This document shows positions 45,780 through 56,546 of a stretch of 64,000 nt of DNA, one piece after another. Position 1 is the first letter of the stretch. Every line of letters begins with the position of its first letter. This stretch comes from Hypanus sabinus (Eukaryota). The stretch is taken from the NCBI RefSeq assembly GCF_030144855.1, contig NC_082723.1, positions 39,370,001 through 39,434,000 on the forward strand, read 5' to 3'. The notes beneath the pieces were generated by a model. It had not been told where the DNA came from and searched no databases. It was given only the letters and a program-made list of their open reading frames with translations. Made by a program: the position numbers and the translations under genes.

Positions 45780-48700
45780 TACCATGTTTTATTTAAAGAA
45801 GCGTTCACTCAACCCTGCAACAATCTGGACTGCAAAGATGCATGCAACAAGATGCTCTTTATTGACAACAGTTTGGCATTCAATACCTTCATCCCCCCCA
45901 GAGCTAATCAATAAGCTTCAAGACCTTGGCCTCACTTTGTGCAATTGGAACCCTGATCCTCTCACTTGCAGACCCCAGTCACTCAGATTTCCATCACAGT
46001 CAAACAGAATACAAAATTCCCGCGGGTCTCTGGGAACATGGTGGACCTCGGACCAGCCCTTGATGATCGGGTCCAGATACGGTCTGGAGTTGAAGCAATT
46101 CTGCTGCGTCGATGATCTTCTGCTGGGTCAGTAACTTTGCCAGGGTGTTGTTGATCTTGCTAGATGTAGCAAATTAGAGGTTCAGAAGGGTTTCTCGGGT
46201 ATAGGATAGTGTAGAGGGCAATTTGCTTGGGAGAGCATGTGCAGAGTCGCCAGTTACCGGCGCTATCTTAATAGATGAAACAGAATACACAGCAAGTCTG
46301 CAGCTCCCTGCAGTAGGTGAGTCTCCCTTTAAGATCATCCACCTTGTTCTCTATGGCTTGCACATTAGCGAGTAGGATGGTGGGCAGAGGGATCCTAAAG
46401 CCCCTCTGCTTCAATCTGACCAGCAGCCCAGCTCTTTTCCAATGCTTCCTCAGTAATTTGTACATCTTTCCAGGTTTCCATCGATGCAGTGTGTTGTTGG
46501 CAGCTCTTTGAGATAGGTGGATGGATGAGGATGAGGTCCTCCGTGACTGCTTTGAATCGGTGGACTGGTTAGTATTCAAGGACTCAGCAGCTACATGGAA
46601 TTCAGGTGTGAACTTCGGAAAGCCATAAAGGGCGCCAAGAGGCAAAATCGAGCCAAGTTGGAAGCCCAGGCTAACCAGAGGGGTGCCAGTAGACTATGGC
46701 AGGGTCTAAATGAGATCACTGGGCACAAAGAAAAGGTTGGGAATATCAATAACTGTAGCACTTCTCTTCCTGACGAACTTAACGTATTCTATGCAAAATT
46801 AGAACAGAAGAGGATAGTCCCGCTCCCTCCGGATGAACCGGACCTGGTGGCATCAAGATTCATCGTCACTGAGGAAGACGTTAGAAGAGCCTTCCTGAAG
46901 ATGAATCCAAGGAAGGCGACAGGCCAGATAGTGTCCCAGGATGGGTTCTCCAGGCCTGTGCAAGGGAGCTAGCTGGAGTGTTTGCTGACATCTTCAACTG
47001 CTCCCTGCTTCAGTCTAAGATCCCCTCGTGTTTAAGAAAGCAACGATAATCTTGGTGCCAAAGAAAAGCAAGGTGGCATGCCTGAATGACTACTGACCTG
47101 TGGCTCTAACATCAATTGCTATGAAGTGATTTGAGCAATTGGTTATGGCACACATCAACCATAACCTACCGGTCAACCTCGACACTTTGCAATTCGCCTA
47201 CTGGAGCAACAGGTCAATGGCAGATGCCATCTCTCTCGCACTACATTCCTCCTTAGAACACCTGGAGAATAAAGATGCATATGTAAAGCTCCTTTTCACC
47301 GACTACCGCTCTGCCTTTGATACCATCATTCCAAATAAACTGATTCCTAAGCTCCGGAACCAGGGTCTTAGCATTTAGATCTGCAGCTGGATCTTCAACT
47401 TCCTCACAGACAGGACCCAGGCTGTAAAGATAGGGGACAAGCTCTCCTCTACAATCACTCTGAGCACCGGAGCCCCACAAGGCTGTGTACTCAGCCCCCT
47501 GCTGTACTCACTGTACACCCAAGATTGTGCAGCCATGTTTTCATTGAACTCAATGTATAAGTTTGCTGATGACACCACAATTGTAGGCCGTATCTTGGGT
47601 AATGATGAGTCTGAGTACAGAGAGGAAATTAAGAACCTGGTGGCATGGTGCGAAGACAATAACCTATCCCTCAACGTCAGCAAGACAAAGGAATGGGTTG
47701 TTGACTTCAGAAGGAGAAGGGGACCGCACAACCCCATCTACATCAGTGGTACGCAGGTGGAACAGGTCAAAAGCTTTAAGTTCCTCAGGGTGAATATCAC
47801 AAATGACATGACTTGGTCTAACCAAGCAGAGTCCACTGCCAAGAAGGCCCACCAGCGTCTTTACTTCCTGAGAAAGCTGAAGAAATTTGGCCTGTCCCCT
47901 AAAACTCTCACTAATTTTTATAGGTGCACCGTGGAAAGCATTCTTCTAGGGTACATCACAGCCTGGTATGGAAGTTGTCCTGCCCAGGACCAGAAGAAGC
48001 TGCAGAAGATCATGAACATAGCCCAGCACTTCACACAAACCAATCTTCCATCCTTGGACTCACTTTACACCACACACTGTTGGAGTAGTGCTGCCAGGAT
48101 AATCAAGGACACGACCCATCCAGCCAACACACTTTTTGTCCCTCTTCCCTCCGAGAGAAGGTTCAGGAGCATAAAGATTCATACGGCCAGATTTGGGAAC
48201 AGCTTCTTTCCAACTGTGATAAGACTGCTGAACATATCCTGACCCGGATCTGGGCCGTACCTTCCAAATATCCAGACCGGACTTGCACTAACTTACTTTC
48301 CCCTTTCTATTTTCTAATTATGATTTATAATTTAAATTTTTATTATATTTAATTTGATTTGTACTTCAGGGAGCACGAAGCGCAGAAACAAATATCACTG
48401 TGATGATTGTATGCTCTTGTATTGTTTGATGACACTAAAGTCTCCATCAGCGCTGGCGCACCTCAAGTATGTAGCCCCCTGCTCTACTCACTTTACACTT
48501 ATGACTGTGTGGCTAAGCACAACTACAGCACCATAGTCAAGTGTGCTGACAAAAGCACTGCCATAGGTCGAATCAAAGGTGGTGACGAATCAGCTTGTGG
48601 GAGGGAGATGGAAAATCTGCCTGAGTGGCCCCACAACAACAACTTCTCACTCAATGTCAGCAAGATTATCAACCATGGGGAGGAAACGAGAGGCCCATGA

Positions 48701-49492
48701 GCCAGTCCTTATCAGAGGTGGAGAGGGTCGGCAACTTTAAATTCCTCAGTGTTATCATTTCAGTGGACCTTCGCTGGGCCCAAAACACATGCAATTACCA
48801 AGAAAGCGCGACAGTGCCTCTACTTCCTTAGGAGTTTGCAAAGATTCAGCATGACATCTAAAACTTTGACAAACTTCTGTAGTTGTATGGTGGAGAGTAT
48901 ATGGACTGGCTACATCACAGCCTGAGATGGAAACACCAATGCCCTTGAATGGAAAAGCCTACAAAAATAATGGATACAGCCCAGTCTATCATGGGTAAAG
49001 CCCTCCCCACCACTGAGCACATCTTCACCGATCACTGTCACAGCATCCATCACCATGGACCCTCAGCGTCCAGGGTCTGCTCACTTCTTGCTGCTGCCAT
49101 CAGGCAAAGGTGAACCTTAGGACTCACACCACCAGGTTCAGGAACAGTTATTACCCCTCAACCATCAGGCCCTTGAACCAAAGGGGATAATTTCACTCAG
49201 CTTCACTTGCCCCATCATTAAAATGTCACTTCACTTTAAAGGACTCTTCATCTCACATTCTCGATATTTATTGTTTATTTATTTATTACTATTTCTTTCT
49301 TTTTGTTTTTGCACAGTTTGTTTTGTCTTTTGCACCCTGCTTATATGCCCAGGCAGATCTGGTTTTTTATTGATTCTATTATGGTTATTAATCATTTATG
49401 AAATTATTGAGTATGCCTGCAAGAAAGTGAATCTCAGGGTTGTAAATGATGACATAGATGTAATTTGATAATAAATTTATTTCGAACTTTGA
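45780..49492 (+). mobile_element. Nested Rex1-type LINEs: older copy (~45780-46005 and ~48440-49492) interrupted by a younger rearranged copy (~46010-48435)
   Basis: MLFID.S.AFNT.IP at ~45850; inner RT ORFs 47139-47378 and 47535-48242 ([10 protein letters not shown]); inverted EN start (PTILLANVQAIENK) at 46268-46520; the outer copy resumes at the GAPQ motif. Confidence 0.8.
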
Positions 49493-49580
49493 AGTAATGC
49501 TGTTGAATGTACTGATCAAATGACAAAGGAATGTAAAGAGTTTTGCAGTGTTTTGCTCTTGTTTACATAGTTGTGATTAA

Positions 49581-49735
49581 NNNNNNNNNNNNNNNNNNNN
49601 NNNNNNNNNNNNNNNNNNNNNNNNNNNNNNNNNNNNNNNNNNNNNNNNNNNNNNNNNNNNNNNNNNNNNNNNNNNNNNNNNNNNNNNNNNNNNNNNNNNN
49701 NNNNNNNNNNNNNNNNNNNNNNNNNNNNNNNNNNN
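49581..49735. other. Assembly gap (155 N)
   Basis: Run of N. Confidence 1.
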
Positions 49736-49952
49736 CTGCCCTGCATACTGGACACACAAAAGACTGCAGATGCTAGAACACACAAAGGCGCAAGAGGGAC
49801 AGATGAAGGGCCTGGACCTGGAACATCAACCGGCCATTCCCCTCCATTGATGTTGCCTGTCCCAATGGGTTCCTCCACACAAAGGTGTGTGTCACTGCCT
49901 TTGAGTGCCCCATTCCGCACATGGCACAGGAACACTGCCCTTAAATAAGTGT

Positions 49953-50210
49953 GTGGCGTGGCAGTGTAGCTGTTAGTGTAACACCGTCACAGCACCAGCC
50001 ACACAGGTTCAGTTCCTGCCGCTGCCTGTAAGGAGTTAGTACATTCTCCCTGCGACCCCACGTATTTCCTCCTGGTGCTTCACTCTCCTCCCACATCCCA
50101 AAGAGGTCATAGGTTAATTGGTCGTTGTAAATTGTCCCGTGATTAGGCTGGGATTAAATCAGGGCGTTACTGCGCAGTGTGGCTCAAAAGGCCAGAAAGC
50201 CTGTCCAATG
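49953..50210 (+). mobile_element. V-SINE
   Basis: tRNA-like head (gtggcgtggcagtgtagc...aggttcagttcc) plus V-domain. Confidence 0.7.
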
Positions 50211-50380
50211 ACAGATAGAGAGAGAGGAATAAATAGATAAATCGAGAGCTAGATAGATAGAAAAAGAGATAGATAGAGAAAGAGGTAGAGAGATAGGGAG
50301 AGAAAGATGGAGGGAGAGATGGAGGTTGGGAGAGAGATAGAGATGGAGATAGACGGAGGGAGGGAAGGAGAGAAAGAAGA
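50211..50380. repeat. Purine-rich (GA/GATA) low-complexity tract
   Basis: Almost exclusively G/A with AGAT units. Confidence 0.85.
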
Positions 50381-51624
50381 TGTAATTGGGTGACATGGGC
50401 TCATTGGACTGGAAGGACCTATTGCTGTGCTGTATCTCTTAAAAAAAACACAAGGACTCCCATCCACCACGAATGCATTTGTTATGCATTGGTATTCGGG
50501 GCGGCAGAAGTTAAACATACCATTCAGTTCTGAGTTTAACAAATAGGAGAAAAGAGTCAAGCCTCAGTGTCAGGTCATGGTTCTGTAAACACAGTAACGA
50601 ACTAAGGACTAGCACACCCTTCATGCTGAGCCACCCCATGCTCTCTCTTACAGCAGCAACTGTATAGCAGAACCAATCTCTAGAACCGTCCAAAGGCACA
50701 GCCATTTTGAACTTCAATAGTTCGAGATGACCATTAGACAATCAGAGGTCCTCAGCCAGCCTGCCCCTCTGGCCCACACCACTCCCTTACAACAAAAGTA
50801 CACAATAAAACCTCGAAAGCCATGAGCTACTTCCCATGCATTAGGTAGACATGGATGATGAGATTCACCATCAGCACCGAGTAAAACAGTGACATCTCAA
50901 ACCTCTGCCCTCCTACTTCCCTCGGAGACTGGGACTCCACCTCAAGGCATGGAAGAAATATCAGCAATCCTCTTTCTGCAAATTTCTCTAAGTCTACTGG
51001 CGGGATTGATAGATCAACAACAGAGTCCTCTTCATGAGCAGCAACACCAGCAACGAGCCTCCACTCACGTTAAGTTGTTTCCAGCGGCAGGCCAGAATGT
51101 TCACCAAGCTGTGATCCCTCTCCCCTCCGGAAGCTGACATTCGGTCCCAAGCACTTGCACAGAAGAACTTTTTGGATTGATGAAATGATTCGAGGATGTT
51201 CTCAGAACCTCTTTGGAAAAATGGCAACACTTGCACAAACTCAAAGGACTCCCTGGTGCACACTGGTCAAGTGGAGCAAACTGGCATTGAGGGCCTCAGA
51301 TTCATTCTCTGTGAGGATACAGACGCCCGGCATAACTGGTGTAAGGAGTGCACCACTTCACAAAGCACTTACCCAGCCTCCTAGCCTCTTATCCACCTCC
51401 ATCTCTTGTGGCTGAATCTACAGGTTCCTTATCAGCCTCACTGTTGCCTCTGGAGCCACAGAAATGGAGTGGAGGCAAATGGCCCTCAATTATGAGTGAT
51501 TGCTCAGAAGATTCAGAGCGAACGTGCTCCTTGCTTGAAACTCCCTAAACAGATTTTTACTCCTGCCACATCACCAAGCTTGCTCTGGTTAGCATCATTA
51601 TCACGTGGCCTGTACATACCGGCT

Positions 51625-52195
51625 GTGTGGTGAGAAAGGCACAACAGTACCTCTTTCACCTCAGACGGTTGAGGAAATTTGGTATGGGCCCTCAAATCCT
51701 AAGAACTTTCTACAGGGGCACAATTGAGAGCATCCTGACTGGCTGCATCACTGCCTGGTGTGCGAACTGTACTTCCCTCAATCGTAAGACTTTGCAGAGA
51801 GTGGTGCAGACAGCCCAGCACATCTGTAGTTGAGAATTTCCCACTGCTCAAGACATTTACAAAGACAGGTATGTAAAAAAGGCCCGAAGGATTATTGGGG
51901 ACCCGAGTCACCCCAACCACAATCTGTTCCAGCTACTACCCTCTGGAAAATGGTACTGCAGCATAAAAGCCAGGACCAACAGGCTCCGGGACAGCTTCTT
52001 CCACCAGGCCATCAGACTGATTAATTCATGCTGATACAATTGTATTTCTGTGCTATATTAACTATCCTGTTGTACATAGTATTTATGTTATAAATTACTA
52101 TAAATTGCACTTTGCACATTTAGATGGAGACATAGCATAAAGATTTTTACTCCTCATGTATATGAAGGATGTAAGTAATAAAGTCAATTCAATTA
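51625..52195 (+). mobile_element. Rex1-type LINE 3' fragment
   Basis: KAQQYLFHLRRLRKFG...FYRGTIESILTGCITAW; tail aataaagtcaattcaatt. Confidence 0.8.
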
Positions 52196-52814
52196 AATAT
52201 TGAGCCATAGAGTCATAGAAAAGTACAGCACAGAAATAGATCAACATGTTATTGGGAGAACAACTTCTGTCCAATCTCAAAGAGAACTCCCTAGCCAACA
52301 ACACTAGACCACTCTTGCAACTGTCCAATATTGAACTAGATACTATTCAAACAAGGCCGTGCTGGTTTTGAAACATGTTCTTTGGAACATGTTCGCACTG
52401 TTACTCCCCACTTCTATGTCTAACAGCCAAAGTCGAGGTTTTTTTTTGTCATTGAATGTGCAGCTTCACAGGTGCATTGCATCAGATAAGAAGCACTCAG
52501 AAGAAAAACATAAATTAAGTGTAAATTTTAAATGATTTTATGTACAAGAAAACAAGGAGCAAAGAAAATGGCCATTTGAGTGCAAAGTGGTTATAGTGTT
52601 GCTAAACTTTAGTGATTAGGGTTTTGCCGGTTGGTTCAAGAACTGAGTGGTTGAAGAGAAGTAGCTGTTTCTCAACCTATTTCTGAATAAGAGCTCTGGG
52701 TGATAATGTAGGGCTGGAGCCTACCACTGTCTGATAGCCCAAGTTGGATTTGCAATCTTATCCAGCAATGCTCCTGCCACTCCCTCAAGAATGTTTTTGG
52801 AACATTTCAATGAT

Positions 52815-53390
52815 GGGGCAAGTGGTTCAAGAGCCTGAAGGTTAAGGGGTAATAATTGTTCCTGAACCTGGTGGTGCGAGTCCTGAGGCTCCTGTACCTT
52901 CTTCTAGTTGGCAGCAGTGAGAAGAGAGCGTGGCCTGGTTGGCGGGGTCCTTGATGATGGATACTGCCTTCCTGTGGCAGTGCTCTGTACATGTGTGTTC
53001 AATGGTGTGGAGGGCTTTACTCATGATGGACTGGGCCATATCCACTCTTTTTTGTAGGACTTTCCATTCAAGGGCATTGGTGTTTCCATACCAGGCTGTG
53101 ATGCAGTCAGTCCACATACTCTCCACCAGACAACTACAGAAGTTTGTCAAAGTTTTAAACATCATGCCAAATCTTTGCAAATTCCTAAGGAAGTAGAAGC
53201 ACTGTCGTGCTTTCTTGGTAATTGCACTTGTGTTCTGGGCCCAGGGAAGCTCCACTGAAATGATAACACTGAGGAATTTAAAGTTGCCGACCCTCTCCAC
53301 CTCTGATTCTCCGATGAGATCTCTGGTTTTCTCGTCCTGTAGTCAATAATCAGCACTTTGGTCTTGCTGACATTGAGTGAGAGGCATTGT
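52815..53390 (-). mobile_element. Rex1-type LINE 3' fragment
   Basis: Minus ORF 52842-53300 (ERVGNFKFL...KKARQCFYFLR); inverted relative of 48700-49180. Confidence 0.8.
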
Positions 53391-53962
53391 GTTTTAAATG
53401 GATGAAAGTACACCACAATGGTGGGAAGAGAGGGAGGAGGGGGAGGACTCCAAACAAGGAGGACTCGATTGAAATAAACAACGTCCAAAGTTTCTTGACA
53501 CGTTGATGGTGGAGACAATTTTCATTTTGTGGAGGATTCCTGAACCAGAGCCATGATTAATCATTTCGGACAGAAATGGGGCTCTTTTTTACTCCCCCCT
53601 TACTCAGTTATGGAATTCTTCCTTTGATGAACACTGGAAGCAGAGTCTTCAAATATTTTATGGCAGTGAAAGACAAGTTCTTGATAACCAAGGGGGTGAA
53701 AGATTAACATGGGTAGACAGTAATGTGGTATTGGGGTTATGATGAGTTTGGCCATCACTTCATTGAATGACAAAACAGAAAAGCCTGTCCCTGCTTCTAT
53801 GTCATTCTGTTTAAAGTTGTTACCCTCTCTTGCTGCACTCACGCTGTGTCCCTGCTCTAAAGCAGGGGCTGGAAAGATGACATCAATTTACACTAGCTAG
53901 ACGTGTATTGGGTGATCTGAGATAGCATTTAAAAGGCGGGTACAAATCAATTTCCATAGTGG

Positions 53963-54215
53963 AGTGGCATGGTAGCATAATGGTTAGCACAACACTTTAG
54001 TACCAGTGACCTGCTGCTGTCTGTAAGGAGTTTGTACGTTCTCCCTGTGACCATGTGGATCTCCTCCGGGGACTCCAGTTTCCTCCCCCAGTCCAAAGAT
54101 GTACCGGTTGGTAGGTTAATTGGTCATTGTAAATTGTCCTGTGATTAGATTAGGGTTAAATGGGGGTTGTTGGGTGGTGCAGCTCGAAGGGCCTATTCCT
54201 CATTGTATTTCTATT
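53963..54215 (+). mobile_element. V-SINE
   Basis: gtggcatggtagcataatggttagcac head plus V-domain ggagtttgtacgttctccctgtgacc...ccaaagatgtaccgg. Confidence 0.75.
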
Positions 54216-54234
54216 CAAGTTCTCCTATCGCTTT

Positions 54235-55472
54235 CATATAGAAGTAGACCATTCGGCCCTTCGAGCCTGCACCGCCATTTTGAGATCATGGCTGATCAAC
54301 TACTATCAATACCCGGTTCCTGCCTTGTCCCCATATCCCTTGATTCCCCTATCCATAAGATACCAATCTAGCTCCTTCTTGAAAGCATCCAGAGAATTGG
54401 CCTCCACTACCTTCCGAGGCAGTGCATTCCAGACCCCCACAACTCTCTGGGAGAAGAAGTTTTTCCTTAAATCTGTCCTAAATGACCTATCCCTTATTCT
54501 CAAACCATGCCCTCTGGTACTGGACTCTCCCAGCATCTGGAACATATTTCCTGCCTCTATCTTGTCCAATCCCTTAATAATCTTATATGTTTCAATCAGA
54601 TCCCCTCTCAATCTCCTTAATTGCAGCATATACAAGCCCAGTCTCTCTAACCTCTCTGCGTAAGACAGTCCAGACATCCCACGAATTAACCTCGTGAATC
54701 TACGCTGCACTTCCTCTACAGCCAGGATGTCCTTCCTTAACCCTGGAGACCAAAACTGTACACAATTCTCCAGGTGTGGTCTCACCAGGGCTCTGGACAA
54801 ATGCAAGAGGATTTCCTTGCTCTTGTACTCAATTCCCTTTGTAATAAAGACCAACATTCCATTAGCCTTCTTCACTGCCTGCTGCACTTGCTCATTCACC
54901 TTCAGTGACTGATGAGCAAGGACTCCTAGATCTCTTTGTATTTCACCCTTACCTAACTCTACACCGTTCAGATAATAATCTGCCTTCCTGTTCTTACTCC
55001 CAAAGTGGATAACCTCACACTTATTCACATTAAACGCCATCTGCCAAGTATCTGCCCACTCACCCAGCCTATCCAAGTCACCTTGAATTCTCCTAACATC
55101 CTCATCACATGTCACACTGCCACCCAGCTTAGTATCATCAGCAAATTTGCTGATGTTATTTTCAATGCCTTCATCTAAATCGTTGACGTAAATTGTGAAC
55201 AGCTGTGGTCCCAATACCGAGCCCTGTGGCACCCCACTAGTCACCACCTGCCATTCCGAGAAACACCCATTCACCGCTACCCTTTGCTTTCTATCTGCCA
55301 ACCAGTTTTCTATCCATGTCAATGCCTTCCCCCCCCCCCCCGATGCCCTGAGCTTTGATTTTACCCACCAATCTATGAGGGACATTATCAAATGCCTTCT
55401 GAAAATCGAGGTACACTACATCCACTGGATCTCCCCCGTCTAACTTCCTGGTTACATCCTCAAAAAACTCCA
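54235..55472 (-). mobile_element. CR1 LINE, 5'-truncated, relatively young
   Basis: Long open RT frame 54306-55391 (SGVPQGSVLGP, KFADDTKLGG, LVRPHLE.CVQFWSP) plus upstream LDFQKAFD in a shifted frame. Confidence 0.92.
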
Positions 55473-56179
55473 AGTGGAAAATAATACTGAACCAATAATT
55501 CAGAGGCCAAGTATTTAAATTTTATTGTAACTGCCTCAGAAATTGAATTTAGCTTTCTAAAGTTCTGGAAGTACAAGTTAGTTTCAATTACTCCATAAAA
55601 TAAGATAACTCTTTTCTCTATACAATGGATGGGTTTAATTAGCAAGTTTAACCGCCAATATTTTGTCCTTTGGGAATGAATTCTAGGTTTTAAGACTCAA
55701 ATTGGCAAGTGTTGTTGGGCAACTGTAATAAAAGAACATGCAATAAAGGCAGATAAATGAGACAATGGCCAAGTCAGCAATGTTCCAAGAATGGAATGGG
55801 CTTGAGGGAATAACAAACTGTTAATATTTTTATGGAACTAGTAATATTTTCCTCATTCCCCAGATGCCACCTGTGTTGAGTATTTGCCTTAAACTATTAC
55901 AAAGTATCATATTTCTTAAAGGCACAGTCAACCAACATACAACACCCCATACGTTGTTTTTTTATAAAACATTATCGACTAAATATAAACCTCCAGATAT
56001 GTCAATTTTAAGCTATTATTTAAAATGTTTTTAATTAAAGCTGTCCACAATATACAAAAACGAACAGTGTATTAAATTGCGAAGTCTGTTAAGATAACAT
56101 TATGAGAAACTGCATTCAAGGCAAAAGAACTTCTTTAACAGCAACCATTCAAAACTCACTTCTCTCCCAGAACAACCAG

Positions 56180-56531
56180 AAGTAAAGACCAGGAGCGGAA
56201 GTGAGATCACGTACGCTCCCAACTTCCACTCTAAATCGAGTATCATGTCAAGTTGGATATTTACTCTTGCAAAGACCCCAAAAAAACTCCAACCCAACAT
56301 CACAACCCTCGGTCCACACGCACGATGACGTGCACACTACATTTACCAAACTTTGGAAACTTGTTTATGTTATAATATTTTCCAATCCCGTTGTGGGGAG
56401 GAGAGAGGAATGATTTGGATGAGATTTATGAGAGTGGTTTTAAGTTTTTTTTAACCTGTTCGGGGCGCGCCACCCGTTTCCCGGGCGACGAGTAAACAAG
56501 GTGGCGTGGGGGGTGGAGGGTGTTGGACCCG
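56180..56531 (+). promoter_or_regulatory. Putative STKLD1 promoter (RFX X-box, forkhead, ETS, CRE half-site)
   Basis: GTTTCCCGGGCGAC 56476-56489, GTAAACAA 56492-56499, GCGGAAGTG ~56195-56203, TGACGT ~56326-56331; local CpG enrichment just upstream of the ATG. Confidence 0.6.
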
Positions 56532-56546
56532 ATGGAGAACTACGAG
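56532..56546 (+). CDS. STKLD1: STKLD1 coding exon 1
   Basis: ATG GAG AAC TAC GAG|gtaatt. Confidence 0.7.

Noticed and set aside
49516-49935. ORFs spanning X residues
   Set aside because: Artefacts of the N gap.
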